A DNA stretch of 64,000 nt from Pedobacter sp. (GTDB lineage: Bacteria; Desulfobacterota; Desulfuromonadia; Desulfuromonadales; Syntrophotaleaceae). Numbering within the stretch: the first letter of the stretch is position 1; each line of letters begins with the position of its first letter. The DNA lies in contig JBFWJC010000002.1 of assembly GCA_050253415.1 (NCBI GenBank), positions 192,001-256,000 of the forward strand. Direction: 5' to 3'. Under the pieces are notes generated by a model that searched no databases, was not told the DNA's origin, and worked only from the letters and a program-made list of their open reading frames with translations. Shown here piece after piece: positions 41,426 through 52,251 of the stretch. Made by a program: the position numbers and the translations under genes.

Positions 41426-42598
41426 ATGAAAGCTGCCTATATACTCAGCGCGCTGCGTACCCCGGGGGGCAAGGCTCCGCGCGGCCAGTTTCACCAGATG
41501 CGCCCGGACGATTTGGCTGCGACGGTCATTCGGGGCGTACTTGCAAACACCGGTATTGATCCGGCGAGAATCGAGGACGTGATCCTCGGTTGTGCTTTTC
41601 CCGAGGGTGAACAGGGGATGAACGTGGCGCGCATCGCAGCCTTGCGGGCTGGATTGCCGGTGGCGGTGCCGGCCATGACTATCAACCGTTTCTGTTCCTC
41701 AGGGTTGCAGGCCATCGCCCTGGCGGCCGAACGGGTCATGGCTGGCAATGCCGACTGCATTATCGCCGGCGGTACCGAATCGATGTCCATGGTCCCGATG
41801 GGTGGCAACAAGTACAGTGCCAACCCGCACCTGGTGGATGACTGGCCGGAGGCCTATGCGGCCATGGGCATCACAGCGGAGCTGGTGGTTGAGCGGCAGC
41901 ATATCTCCCGCGAAGACCAGGACGCCTTCGCTTGTGCCAGCCATCACAAGGCGGCGCGGGCCCAAGCCGAGGGTCGCTTCAAGGATGAGATCATACCGGT
42001 GGAAGTCAAAACCTCCCGCCTGGTGGACGGTCACCCCGAATTCCAGGTTATGACCACCAGCGAGGACGAGGGCATCCGCCCCGAAACCAGCCTTCAGGCC
42101 CTGGCCCGGCTCAAGCCGGTATTTAAACGTGACGGGACGGTCACAGCGGGCAATACATCCCAGATGACCGATGGTGCCGCAGCGACACTGGTGGTTTCCG
42201 AAGAATTTCTGAAAAGCACCGGATTGCAGCCCCAGGCCCGCTTTGCCGGTTTTGCCGTGCGTGGGGTGGCCCCGGAACTCATGGGCCTCGGCCCGGTGGA
42301 AGCGGTTCCCGTGGTCCTTAAACGGGCTGGCCTGAGTCTTGGGGACATGGGGCTTGTCGAACTCAACGAAGCCTTTGCCGGTCAGGCCCTGGCGGTGATT
42401 CGGGCGCTGGAATTTGATGAACAGCGGGTCAACGTCAACGGCGGCGCTATTGCTCTGGGGCATCCCTTGGGTTGCACCGGGGCCAAGCTGACCGCCACCC
42501 TGCTGGCGGAAATGGCTCGTAGCCAGACCCGCTACGGTCTCGTGACCATGTGTATCGGCGGTGGCATGGGCGCCGCCGGTGTTTTTGAAAGAATTTAG
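41426..42598 (+). CDS. fadA: Acetyl-CoA acyltransferase (thiolase)
   Basis: [26 protein letters not shown]. Confidence 0.93.
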   Translation: MKAAYILSALRTPGGKAPRGQFHQMRPDDLAATVIRGVLANTGIDPARIEDVILGCAFPEGEQGMNVARIAALRAGLPVAVPAMTINRFCSSGLQAIALAAERVMAGNADCIIAGGTESMSMVPMGGNKYSANPHLVDDWPEAYAAMGITAELVVERQHISREDQDAFACASHHKAARAQAEGRFKDEIIPVEVKTSRLVDGHPEFQVMTTSEDEGIRPETSLQALARLKPVFKRDGTVTAGNTSQMTDGAAATLVVSEEFLKSTGLQPQARFAGFAVRGVAPELMGLGPVEAVPVVLKRAGLSLGDMGLVELNEAFAGQALAVIRALEFDEQRVNVNGGAIALGHPLGCTGAKLTATLLAEMARSQTRYGLVTMCIGGGMGAAGVFERI

Positions 42599-42674
42599 GA
42601 GCCTGTCCGACAGCCTCCTGGAGCCTCGCAGTTCTGGCGGGGCGGCCCGTAACAGAAATGGAGGTTTCCGCGCC

Positions 42675-44543
42675 ATGCCTGAGCCAACAACGACAAACGA
42701 AACCTTGCCACTCATGATTATCAAGCAGGCCAAACTTAGTCCGTCGCGCCCCGCGTTACGGCATAAGGTTCAAGGCACCTATCTGGATATTTCCTGGGGA
42801 CTGATGGCCACACAGATCCGCCGCTACGCATCGGCCCTGCTGGCCCTCGACCTGAAACCGGGCGAGCGGGTTGCCATCATGGCACCCAACTGTGCGCGCT
42901 GGGTGTATGCCGATCTAGGAATCATGGCTGCCGGCGGGGTGACTGTGCCTCTCTACCAGACCGAGAGTCTGGAGAATATTCTGCATATCCTGCGTGATTC
43001 CGGCAGCCGTTTCCTGTTCCTTTTTTCCCTGGTGGCCGCTCAGGATCTGGCAGAACGCCTGGACGAACTGCCGCAACTGGAGAAGGTGGTGCTTTTGGAG
43101 GGGCATCTGGAACATCGGCAGTTTGAGGACGTCACAATTTTTCTCTCCCGGGCCCGCGACAGCCACGACAAAAAACTTCAAAAAATCCTGGACAAGGGGC
43201 AGGGATCGGATATCGCCACCCTGATCTACACCTCGGGCACTACTGGGCCGTCTAAAGGAGTGATCCTCACTCATAACAATATCTTTGCCGCCATCCGGGG
43301 GGGAGTGTCGGCTTTCGATATCGGCCCCAATGACGTCTGTCTGTCCTTTCTTCCCCTGTCCCATGTCTTCGAGCGGGTCGACGGCTATTATTTGATGTTG
43401 CTCAGGCGTGCGGTTATCGCCTACGCCGAGAGCATCGACACCGTGCCTCTTAATCTGCGTGAAGCCTGTCCGACCCTGGTCATCGGCGTGCCGCGCCTGT
43501 TCGAAAAGATGCATGCCCGTATCATGGAGCAGGTCATGTCCGGCTCCTGGCTGAAAAGACAGGTGTTTTTCGGCGCCCTCAAGATCGGCCGGACCTTCGC
43601 CGCATCCAGGCAGAATGGTGCAAAGCCGGCCTTCTGGTTGCGGTGCGGAATGGCTCTGGCCCGCACGGTAGTGTTTGATCGGTTGCGCCAGCGCCTCGGA
43701 GGCCGCCTGGGCTTTTTCGTCTCGGGGGGCGCTCCCCTGATGCGCAACGTCGCCGAGTTTTTTCTCGCTGCCGGTATCCCGGTATATGAAGGTTACGGTC
43801 TTACTGAAACCGCTGGCGGAATCGCCGTCAACACCGTCGAGCACTTGCGGGTCGGTACCGTTGGCAAGCTGATGCCCGATACCCGTATTCGTATCGCCGA
43901 GGACAAAGAAATTCTGCTGCATGGCCCGAGCGTATTCCAGGGCTACTGGAACAATCCGGATGCGACTGCCGCAGCTTTGCAGGATGGTTGGCTAAAGACC
44001 GGCGACATAGGCGAACTTGACAAGGATGGCTATTTAAAAATCACTGATCGGAAAAAAGATATCATCGTCACCGCCGGCGGTAAAAATATCGCCCCGCAAA
44101 ACCTGGAAAATCGTTTCAAAAGTGACAGCCTGCTGACCGACGCCCTGGTCTACGGGGATGGCAAGCCGTATCTCACCGCCCTTCTGGTGCCTGACTTCGA
44201 AATTCTGGAGAGCTTCGCCAGGCGCAACAAGATCGATTTCCTCAACCATTGCGACCTGGTCACCCATCCGAGAATTCTCGATCTGGTGCGGGAACATATC
44301 GACACCCTGCAGGAAGACCTCCCTTCTTATAGCCGCATCAAGCGCTTCATCCTTATCTCGCGTGAATTTTCCAGCGAGGGTAACGAAATCACCCCGACCC
44401 TTAAGCTCAAACGCCATATTATCGCCAGCAACTTCCATCGTGTGCTTGAAGGCCTGTATCTGGCCGAGGATCACGGCATTCACGACAGCGGTTTCTGCAT
44501 TGTCGGCGAGCCGGATGAACCGCCACCGAACAAAGATGCCTGA
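42675..44543 (+). CDS. Long-chain fatty acid-CoA ligase
   Basis: YTSGTTG, EGYGLTE, TGDIG..DRKKD. Confidence 0.92.
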   Translation: MPEPTTTNETLPLMIIKQAKLSPSRPALRHKVQGTYLDISWGLMATQIRRYASALLALDLKPGERVAIMAPNCARWVYADLGIMAAGGVTVPLYQTESLENILHILRDSGSRFLFLFSLVAAQDLAERLDELPQLEKVVLLEGHLEHRQFEDVTIFLSRARDSHDKKLQKILDKGQGSDIATLIYTSGTTGPSKGVILTHNNIFAAIRGGVSAFDIGPNDVCLSFLPLSHVFERVDGYYLMLLRRAVIAYAESIDTVPLNLREACPTLVIGVPRLFEKMHARIMEQVMSGSWLKRQVFFGALKIGRTFAASRQNGAKPAFWLRCGMALARTVVFDRLRQRLGGRLGFFVSGGAPLMRNVAEFFLAAGIPVYEGYGLTETAGGIAVNTVEHLRVGTVGKLMPDTRIRIAEDKEILLHGPSVFQGYWNNPDATAAALQDGWLKTGDIGELDKDGYLKITDRKKDIIVTAGGKNIAPQNLENRFKSDSLLTDALVYGDGKPYLTALLVPDFEILESFARRNKIDFLNHCDLVTHPRILDLVREHIDTLQEDLPSYSRIKRFILISREFSSEGNEITPTLKLKRHIIASNFHRVLEGLYLAEDHGIHDSGFCIVGEPDEPPPNKDA

Positions 44544-44765
44544 AAATGATTTTTCTCTTTAGTTGTTTATCAGGTTTACACTATCATAAAACCTTCCCTT
44601 TAACCGGTTTTAGCGAAAGATTGCCCTATACCTCGCGCGGTTCTGTTCCTTATGAATCGGGCCGGTGAAAACTGTCATTCCGTTTGTTTGGTCAAACAGC
44701 ACCGTTTTGCCCTTCCCCGGGGCGTGGAGTCGCGTGTGACCCAGTCCAAAGACCCAAAAGACGCC

Positions 44766-47489
44766 ATGGAAAATGTTTTCCAGCCGGAAACCTCCTCCGC
44801 CTGCAATGGTTCATCAACCGCCGCCGGGCTGTTCGATGAAATGGTCCACCTGATACCGGATCCGGTATTTTTTAAAAATATGGACGGTACGTACCGGCGT
44901 TGCAATGCCGCGTTTGAACGATTCCTTGGCAAGGAGTGCGCGGAAATCGTCGGTAAAACCGACCATAATCTATTTTTGCCTTCTATTGCTCATGTCAATC
45001 GCCATAACGATGCCCGTCTTTTGCAGGAAAATCTCCCTGTTCATAGGTACGATACCAGCATTGTCAGCGGGAACGGCAGACGGCGTGATGTCATTATCCA
45101 GATTGCACCCTTAACCATCAAAGGCGGGCCGACGGGGATCTTCGGTATCATCAAGGACATTACCGAACGCAGGCGTGCCGAAACCGCCCTGCGGGAGAGA
45201 AAGGATCTGCTGCACCGCATAACCGATAACATGCTTGATCTGGTAAGCGAAGCCGACGAGCATGGATTCTTCCGTTATCTGTCACCCAGCCACGAATCGG
45301 TTCTGGGGTTCGTTCCGGAAATGTTGGTCGGTACATGGCTGTACGATCTGATGCATCCGGACGACCTGGAGCGCATGCGGATTACTTTTCAAGTAACCCT
45401 GCCGGCGTTGAAAAGCGTACGGGCGGAGTTTCGTTATCGGCATGCCGACGGGCATTACATCTGGCTCGAAACCATAGCCAAATGCACTACGGACAAGCTC
45501 AACCGCATTAACGGCGCGGTGTTTGCCAGTCGCGATGTCACGGAGCGTATCCGTACCGAAAAAGCCCTGCGCAACAGCGAAGAGCATTTGCGGCGCATTA
45601 CCGACAATATGCCTGCCCTGGTCAGCACCGCCGATACAAAAGGTATTTTCACCTATCTCAGCCCTTCGCACCGGGGAATTCTGGGTTTTGATCCCGAGGC
45701 GCTGGTTGGTACCTGTCTCTGGAACTGGATGCACCCCGAAGATATGGAACGCATGCGGGAGGCTTTTCAGGTCACGTTGCCCGCCCAGAAAAAGGTGCGG
45801 GCCGAATTTCGCTACCGCCATGTCGATGGCCACTATATCTGGCTGGAAACGGTGGCCAAATGCACCACTGAGGGGTTGCGCGTCACCGGTTCGATCTTCG
45901 CCAGCCGCGACATCACCGAGCGCCGCCGTGCCGAGATTGCTTTGCGTGAGGTCAACCAGACCTTGCAGGCTACTTTTCACGCATCTCCCCTGGCCATTTT
46001 CGTCCTTGATCGGGAAGGGTGCATTCAGCTATGGAATCCGGCCTCGCAACACATGTTCGGCTGGACGGAAGAAGAGGTGCTGGGTAAATTCTACCCCCTT
46101 GCACCGGAGCATCGGGAGAATGAATTCAGGCAAAATTTGATCCGTATGAACCGGGGGGAGGAATTTCACGGCAAGGAGACCAAACGCTGTCGCAAGGACG
46201 GGACGCTGCTTGACATCAGTTTTTCCACCGCACCTTTATATGATCAGCATGGTGCAATTATCGGCACTGTCGGTATCCTGGCCGACATCAGTGAGCGTAA
46301 GCGTACGGAAGTCGCCCTGCGGGAGAGTGAAGAGCTTTTCAGGCAGATTTTCGAACAGAATGAAGATCCGTCCTTTCTACTCGATCCGGATACCCTGGCG
46401 ATCCTCGATGCCAATGCCGTGGCTGTCCGATTGTACGGTCACAGTAAAGAGACGCTGCGTGCCTGCGGGCTTGAGCTGCTCATGAGACCGCCGGTACTGG
46501 CAACTTTTTCCCAGCAGGTGGTCCAGGAACAGAGCATCCTGGCTGATGATGCGACCTGGAGCCACGTGTCGCCTCTCAGTACCATCGACAGTGTCGGCAA
46601 CGTCGTGATGGCCTCGTTTCGCGGGCGGTTACTGCGCTCCAGAGGTCAGATGTATCTTTACGGAATCTTCCGTGATATCACAGAAAAGCTGCGTATCCGC
46701 AAGGAGCGCAGCGAATTGCAGGCCAAATTGATTCAGGCCAACAAGATGACCGCCATCGGCACCCTGGCTTCGGGGATCGCGCATGAGATCAATAACCCGA
46801 ACAACTATCTGCTCGCAAACGCGCAGTATCTTGAAGGCGCCTGGCCCGATATACGCCATACCCTGCAGGACCATGCCGACCGCAATCCCGACCTGACCAT
46901 CGGCGGTCTGCCTGTTCAGGAAGCATTCAGGGATATCCCGCAGTTGCTGCAAAGCCTCATCGAGGGCTCCAGGCGCATCAAAAGTATCGTTACAAGTCTC
47001 AAGGACTTTTCCCGCCAGGACGATGAATCGATGCGCCGGCCTTTCGATATCAACCGGGTCATCAATGCCGCGCTGATCATCCTGGCCAATAAGATCAAGA
47101 AAAGCACGGACCATTTCAGCTGCAACCTGGCGGCAAATCTGCCGCAGATCGTAGGGCATTACCAGAAGATCGAACAGGTCATCATCAACTTGCTCATCAA
47201 CGCTCTGCAGTCCCTGCCGGATCGCCAGTCGGGGGTTTTCCTCAGCACGGCTCTGCAGGATTCGCCACGCAGCGTGGTCATCAAAATCCGCGACCAGGGC
47301 GTCGGTATTCCCGAGGACATCCGAAGTCGCATTCTCGATCCCTTTTTCACCACCAAACACAAAACCGGCGGCACCGGTCTCGGTTTGTCGATCTGCTACG
47401 CCATCCTCAACGATCATCAGGGCAGCATTGATTTCGATTCCGAAATCGGTGCCGGCACGACGGTCACCGTGACTCTGCCGGCCCTCTGA
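44766..47489 (+). CDS. Cytoplasmic multi-PAS sensor histidine kinase; start uncertain
   Basis: About five PAS/PAC domains, H-box AHEINNP, N/G boxes (NLLINA, DQGVGI, GTGLGL); no TM segments. Confidence 0.93.
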   Translation: MENVFQPETSSACNGSSTAAGLFDEMVHLIPDPVFFKNMDGTYRRCNAAFERFLGKECAEIVGKTDHNLFLPSIAHVNRHNDARLLQENLPVHRYDTSIVSGNGRRRDVIIQIAPLTIKGGPTGIFGIIKDITERRRAETALRERKDLLHRITDNMLDLVSEADEHGFFRYLSPSHESVLGFVPEMLVGTWLYDLMHPDDLERMRITFQVTLPALKSVRAEFRYRHADGHYIWLETIAKCTTDKLNRINGAVFASRDVTERIRTEKALRNSEEHLRRITDNMPALVSTADTKGIFTYLSPSHRGILGFDPEALVGTCLWNWMHPEDMERMREAFQVTLPAQKKVRAEFRYRHVDGHYIWLETVAKCTTEGLRVTGSIFASRDITERRRAEIALREVNQTLQATFHASPLAIFVLDREGCIQLWNPASQHMFGWTEEEVLGKFYPLAPEHRENEFRQNLIRMNRGEEFHGKETKRCRKDGTLLDISFSTAPLYDQHGAIIGTVGILADISERKRTEVALRESEELFRQIFEQNEDPSFLLDPDTLAILDANAVAVRLYGHSKETLRACGLELLMRPPVLATFSQQVVQEQSILADDATWSHVSPLSTIDSVGNVVMASFRGRLLRSRGQMYLYGIFRDITEKLRIRKERSELQAKLIQANKMTAIGTLASGIAHEINNPNNYLLANAQYLEGAWPDIRHTLQDHADRNPDLTIGGLPVQEAFRDIPQLLQSLIEGSRRIKSIVTSLKDFSRQDDESMRRPFDINRVINAALIILANKIKKSTDHFSCNLAANLPQIVGHYQKIEQVIINLLINALQSLPDRQSGVFLSTALQDSPRSVVIKIRDQGVGIPEDIRSRILDPFFTTKHKTGGTGLGLSICYAILNDHQGSIDFDSEIGAGTTVTVTLPAL

Positions 47490-47650
47490 CATATTTCCGG
47501 AGACCGGGCATTAAAAAATCCGGGAGGGGACTAGGAGGGTACCCCACCCGGATGCACAGGGTTTATCGCAGAAATCAACCCCGCTTCTTACAATGCATCG
47601 CAATGCCGTCTCTACCGGGGACATGCATCCGGTCTGTCTTTCGTCTTGGA

Positions 47651-49381
47651 TCAAAAATCCCAGAAGGCATCGATCTCTTCGGGCGTGAAATCCCATACCA
47701 CGTTGTGAGGCGGCAGGGGATCGTACTCGAAGAATTCGGGTAGGCGGTCGTCGGCGTTGCTGAATCCGGCTGCCAGATTGAAGGCGTGCTCAAGCTTGAG
47801 CACTGCTTTGCCCATCTCGATAAAGCCACCCGGGTCGATCTCGACTCCGAAGCGGGCGCTGAGCATATCGGTAAGGGCGGGAAAAGCTTCTTGCAGATCC
47901 AGAATCGGAAAGGCCACGAAGATGCACATGCCGGTGCTGTCCATGGCCGTGGTGGCGATCTGCAGGTTGCGGGAGAGTTCCACCTGACCGTCTTTCCGCA
48001 GCGGATCGACGAAACCGCCGCATTTAAGGATATTGGTGGCCACCGCGTAACCTGCCGTGTGGTCGGCACCCATGGTCGAGGTGGCGTAGGTGATACCGAT
48101 CCCCTTGACCGCACGGGGGTCGTAAGCCGGGATACTCTGATTCTTGACCACCGGTACCCGTGTCAGCCCGTAGGCTTCTCCGACCGACCCGGCGCCGTTG
48201 CCGACGATGTGGCCCAGGGCGGTGCCCCGGCCGACTTCTTCGCGCAGCAGGCGAATGGCCCCTTCGCCGTTGCCCCAGGGGATAACGCCGGCCTCCATGG
48301 CTACCCCTATGGTGACGACCCCCTCGATGGAATCGATGCCGATGTCGTCCATGATGTTGTCGCACTCGGCGATCTGGTCCAGATTATCGATCAGACAGTG
48401 CGCCCCCAGTCCCCAGATGGTTTCATATTCAAACCCCGAGGTCAGATAATTTTCCTCGGCATCGTTGTAGACCTGCGAGCACTGGATGATGCAACCGGCA
48501 TGGCAACCGTGCTTGGGGTGTCCGTTGCGGGAAACGATGATATCGTGCATGGTTTCGCCGGAGATCATGTCGTGTTTCTCGTATTGTCCGTAGCGGAAGT
48601 TTTTGGTCGGCAGGCCACCGGCCTCATTGAGGACATTGACCAGTACGTTGGTGCCGTAAGTGGGCAGACCCTGCCCCGTCACCGGATGATCCAGCACCGC
48701 TTTGGCGAAAGCGCGCGCCCCCTGTTTGAATTTGTCGTTATCGACGATCGGGACCTTGCCGGCGCCCTGACTGTCGACGGTGATGCACTTGATGCGCTTG
48801 GCACCCATAACCGCCCCCAGACCGCCGCGTCCATGGCTGCGAATCTTGTGATCCGGGTCCTTGACCGAAATATTGGCGGCGCGCATCCGTTTTTCGCCGG
48901 GCACGCCGATGGACATAACCCCGACCTTGTCGCCGTAACGTTTTTCCATGGCTTCGATAACGGCGAAATTCTGCATGCCGACGGTCTCGGTTTCTTCTTG
49001 GATCGTCACTCCATCCATGGTGACGTGCAGGTGATACCACTTATCCTGCTTGGGATGTCCTTCGATAATCATGGCCTTGATCCCCATGCGCGCGAATTGC
49101 TGGGCGGTGGTGCCTCCGGAATTCGATTCCTTGATGCCGTTGGTCAACGGACTTTTGCTGCCCAGCGACATGCGTCCCGAGTTGGCCGCCGGGGTGCCGG
49201 ACAACATCCCGGGGGCGAATACCAGCTTATTGTTCGGCCCCAGGGGATGACAGGTCGGCGGTACCTCGGCGGCCACCACGGTACTGGTCAATGCCCGCCC
49301 GCCTAAAGTCACCCACTCAGCCGGAACCGCCTCGGTTGTCACCGTCAGTTCCGTCATGTTCACCCGAATAATTTTATCCAT
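47651..49381 (-). CDS. Aldehyde:ferredoxin oxidoreductase (W/Mo)
   Basis: 'KSPLTNGIKESNSGG', 'GRGGLGAVMG', CxxxCxxxC, EYET, YDPR. Confidence 0.95.
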   Translation of the reverse strand: MDKIIRVNMTELTVTTEAVPAEWVTLGGRALTSTVVAAEVPPTCHPLGPNNKLVFAPGMLSGTPAANSGRMSLGSKSPLTNGIKESNSGGTTAQQFARMGIKAMIIEGHPKQDKWYHLHVTMDGVTIQEETETVGMQNFAVIEAMEKRYGDKVGVMSIGVPGEKRMRAANISVKDPDHKIRSHGRGGLGAVMGAKRIKCITVDSQGAGKVPIVDNDKFKQGARAFAKAVLDHPVTGQGLPTYGTNVLVNVLNEAGGLPTKNFRYGQYEKHDMISGETMHDIIVSRNGHPKHGCHAGCIIQCSQVYNDAEENYLTSGFEYETIWGLGAHCLIDNLDQIAECDNIMDDIGIDSIEGVVTIGVAMEAGVIPWGNGEGAIRLLREEVGRGTALGHIVGNGAGSVGEAYGLTRVPVVKNQSIPAYDPRAVKGIGITYATSTMGADHTAGYAVATNILKCGGFVDPLRKDGQVELSRNLQIATTAMDSTGMCIFVAFPILDLQEAFPALTDMLSARFGVEIDPGGFIEMGKAVLKLEHAFNLAAGFSNADDRLPEFFEYDPLPPHNVVWDFTPEEIDAFWDF

Positions 49382-49468
49382 TTCAATTCTCTCCCTCCGT
49401 GTTGTGAGATTTTCGGGACCGGCGGCCTCCCCGACCATCCGCGTAACCCAAGTGCGGGCAGCAACTTG

Positions 49469-49484
49469 AGCAGGGTCTGTGCCA
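49469..49484 (-). promoter_or_regulatory. sigma54 promoter of AOR
   Basis: Minus strand TGGCAC-AGACC-CTGCT. Confidence 0.8.
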
Positions 49485-49996
49485 GCAGGATGAGGGCAAG
49501 AAAAGTCGAATAAGTTCAATGTCTTGGGTGGGTTTTTGTGCGGTAGCGCTACGGGGTGGGGCTGCAATGTTACACGCGTGGCTTAACCCGGGTGCGAGGC
49601 GCCCCGCCTGCCTTGCCATCGACTCCAGGACTCTCCACGACATCGCTGCGTGCGGTAAGATCGTTGTCCGTTTCCCATTAAAATTCAAAGGCTTGGCGGA
49701 AGGGTGCAAGGGCAGACTCCTTGTGCAGGAAAAAGCAACGCATATTGCAGCCGCAGGCTGCCGCAAAAAAACCGCCCGCCTGTACCTTCCATCCCCGGTG
49801 TCGCCGGTCCCTGCAAGGTTTGTTGCATTTGCAAGACCTCTTTACCCGCCTTTGCAACCTTGATCCCACCGCCTTCCCGCTTAAATCACTCCCCGCGTGA
49901 AGCCGTAGCACCGTTGCACCCCCACAGTCGCGAAAAACTTCTCGCAAACGATATAATTAATTGAAAATACGGTTACTTAGGCAGCGTATACGAGAC

Positions 49997-50012
49997 TGGC
50001 ACTTGGCTTGCT
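49997..50012 (+). promoter_or_regulatory. sigma54 promoter of the buk operon
   Basis: TGGCAC-TTGGC-TTGCT, full consensus. Confidence 0.88.
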
Positions 50013-50097
50013 CATAGAAGGTTTCCAACTTCCGGAAAATCCGGATGAGGGCTTGCCGAGTCGGGGCTCATTTCAACCAGCTGCAAAGGATAAAACC

Positions 50098-51183
50098 ATG
50101 TCAACACCAGGCAACTATCGGATTCTGGCCATCAACCCGGGGTCTACCTCGACCAAGGTGGCACTGTTTGAGAACAACACATTGCTGTTGCAGGACACCC
50201 TGCGTTACGACACCGACGAACTGGCCGCCTTCGCCCATGTGCCCGACCAGTATTCCTTCCGGCGCGACACGGTGCTGCGTTGGCTTGAAAACCACGGCAT
50301 CGGTATCGCCAGTCTGGACGCCGTGGTTGGGCGGGGCGGCCTTTTCAATCCCCTGGAAAGCGGTACCTATGCCGTCAATCAGGCGATGCTGGAGGAAATG
50401 CGTGCCATCGGCCCTCGGGAACATGCTTCGAACCTCGGTGTGCTGATTGCCGACGAAATCGCGGATCTCGCAGGTGTGACGGCCTATACCGTTGATCCGG
50501 TGACGGTCGACGAACTGGACGACCTCGCCCGGTATTCCGGCCTTGCCGAAATTGAACGGCACAGCATCGCCCATGCCCTGAATATTAAGGCGGTGGCACG
50601 TCGGGCCGCCGCCGAGCATTTTTCCGAGTATGGGGATCTCAATCTGATCATTGCGCATCTCGGCGGAGGCGTCTCCGTCACCGCCCATCGGCACGGTCGC
50701 ATGGTCGATGTCAGCGGCGCCCTCGACGCCGGACCTTTTTCTCCGGAGCGCAGCGGCACCTTGCCCCTGTTGGATGTGGTCGAACTCTGCTTCGGGGGTA
50801 CCTTCACCAAGGCGCAAATCAAGAAAAAGCTGATCGGGCAGGGGGGGCTGGTTTCCTACCTGGGAACCAATTCAGCTATCGAGGTCGGCCGGCGTATCGC
50901 CGGGGGGGATGCCAAAGCCCTGGCGGTGGCCCGGGCCATGGCTTACCAGATCGCCAAGGAAATCGGCGCCATGGCCACCGTGCTGAATGGCGAGGTGGAT
51001 GCCATCGTCCTGACCGGCGGGGTGGCGTACTGGAGCGAACTGGTCGAATGGATCCGCGAACGGGTCGGATTTATCGCCACGGTATGGACCTATCCCGGCG
51101 AGGACGAAATGCTCGCTCTTGCCGAGGGCGCCTTGCGCGTGCTGCGGGGAGAAGAGGCCGCCCGGCAGTACATCCCCCGCTGA
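50098..51183 (+). CDS. buk: Butyrate kinase
   Basis: INPGSTSTK, GRGG, EHASNLG, HALNIKAV, HLGGGVS, GPFSPERSG, YPGEDEM. Confidence 0.95.
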   Translation: MSTPGNYRILAINPGSTSTKVALFENNTLLLQDTLRYDTDELAAFAHVPDQYSFRRDTVLRWLENHGIGIASLDAVVGRGGLFNPLESGTYAVNQAMLEEMRAIGPREHASNLGVLIADEIADLAGVTAYTVDPVTVDELDDLARYSGLAEIERHSIAHALNIKAVARRAAAEHFSEYGDLNLIIAHLGGGVSVTAHRHGRMVDVSGALDAGPFSPERSGTLPLLDVVELCFGGTFTKAQIKKKLIGQGGLVSYLGTNSAIEVGRRIAGGDAKALAVARAMAYQIAKEIGAMATVLNGEVDAIVLTGGVAYWSELVEWIRERVGFIATVWTYPGEDEMLALAEGALRVLRGEEAARQYIPR

Positions 51184-51279
51184 AATTCCCGGCGCATCCC
51201 TGCCCGAGGGGATCTGTGATGAATCATTTCAGGTGAGTCAGTCAAACAATTCGGAGTGAAACAACAGGAGGGTTACATC

Positions 51280-51915
51280 ATGAAAACCGTACAAGCCATG
51301 CACATCGTCGATCCGCCAACCGCCGCGCCGATGGAGGTCCGCTGCGCCATCCCCGATGCGACGGGCAATCCCGCGCCCTTGGGCCTGTTCGGCTTCGGCC
51401 TGACCACCGTATTGGTCAATCTGCACATCGCAGGGCTGTTCCCTACCGACAGCATGATCCTGGCCATGGGGATCTTTTACGGCGGGCTCGCCCAGATCCT
51501 CGCCGGCATCATGGAATGGAAAAAGAACAACACCTTCGCCACCACGGTGTTTACCTCTTACGGCCTGTTCTGGCTGAGCTTCATCGGCCTGATGACATTC
51601 CCGCGGCTCGGTCTCGGCGAGGCTCCCGGGATGCCTTCCCTGGTAGCTTACCTGGTGGTATGGGGATCATTCACCCTTGCCATGTTCGTAGGCACGTTCC
51701 GGCTTAACCGGGCCCTGCAGCTCACCTTTGCCCTTGCTGTGGTGTTGTTTTTCGGACTGGCCATCGGCGATGCCTTGGGTAGTCACGCCATCAAGGTCGC
51801 CATCGGTTTTGAAGGGATCCTCTGCGGCCTGTGTGCCGCCTACACGGGACTGGCCCAGGTACTCAACGAGCTTTACGGCCGCATCATCCTGCCTCTCGGT
51901 CCCGTGCGCCGATAA
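51280..51915 (+). CDS. satP: Acetate/short-chain carboxylate transporter (SatP/YaaH family)
   Basis: NPAPLGL signature, FYGG, SYGLFW. Confidence 0.9.
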   Translation: MKTVQAMHIVDPPTAAPMEVRCAIPDATGNPAPLGLFGFGLTTVLVNLHIAGLFPTDSMILAMGIFYGGLAQILAGIMEWKKNNTFATTVFTSYGLFWLSFIGLMTFPRLGLGEAPGMPSLVAYLVVWGSFTLAMFVGTFRLNRALQLTFALAVVLFFGLAIGDALGSHAIKVAIGFEGILCGLCAAYTGLAQVLNELYGRIILPLGPVRR

Positions 51916-51966
51916 GTTCGGGGTTCCATGCAGCCGGGGCATGTTCCAGAGAGGGCAAAACAGGTA

Positions 51967-52182
51967 ATGAACTTCTGCCGATTTTTCGATTCGAAGACCA
52001 AGACCATTATTGTCCTGGAAGGCTTGGCCGGAAGGCCCATTCAGGAAATTTGTCAGGAGTACAACATCCGGGAAGAGGAATACCGATGGTGGAGGAAGGT
52101 TTTTCTGCAGAACTCCCCCAAGGTATTCGACTGGGATTTTGAAGACCGCTGTATTGATGGTGGGATGCAGTCCAGGGGTTGA
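51967..52182 (+). CDS. Small HTH protein resembling IS3-family OrfA
   Basis: 'KTKTIIVLEGLAGRPIQEICQEYNI..YRWWRKVFL'; no DDE partner. Confidence 0.5.
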   Translation: MNFCRFFDSKTKTIIVLEGLAGRPIQEICQEYNIREEEYRWWRKVFLQNSPKVFDWDFEDRCIDGGMQSRG

Positions 52183-52251
52183 CCTGGCCGCATCCATCTC
52201 CGCCATCCGGAGAGCGGACTTCCATGCGATCAAACACACAGGAGGAGAAAC

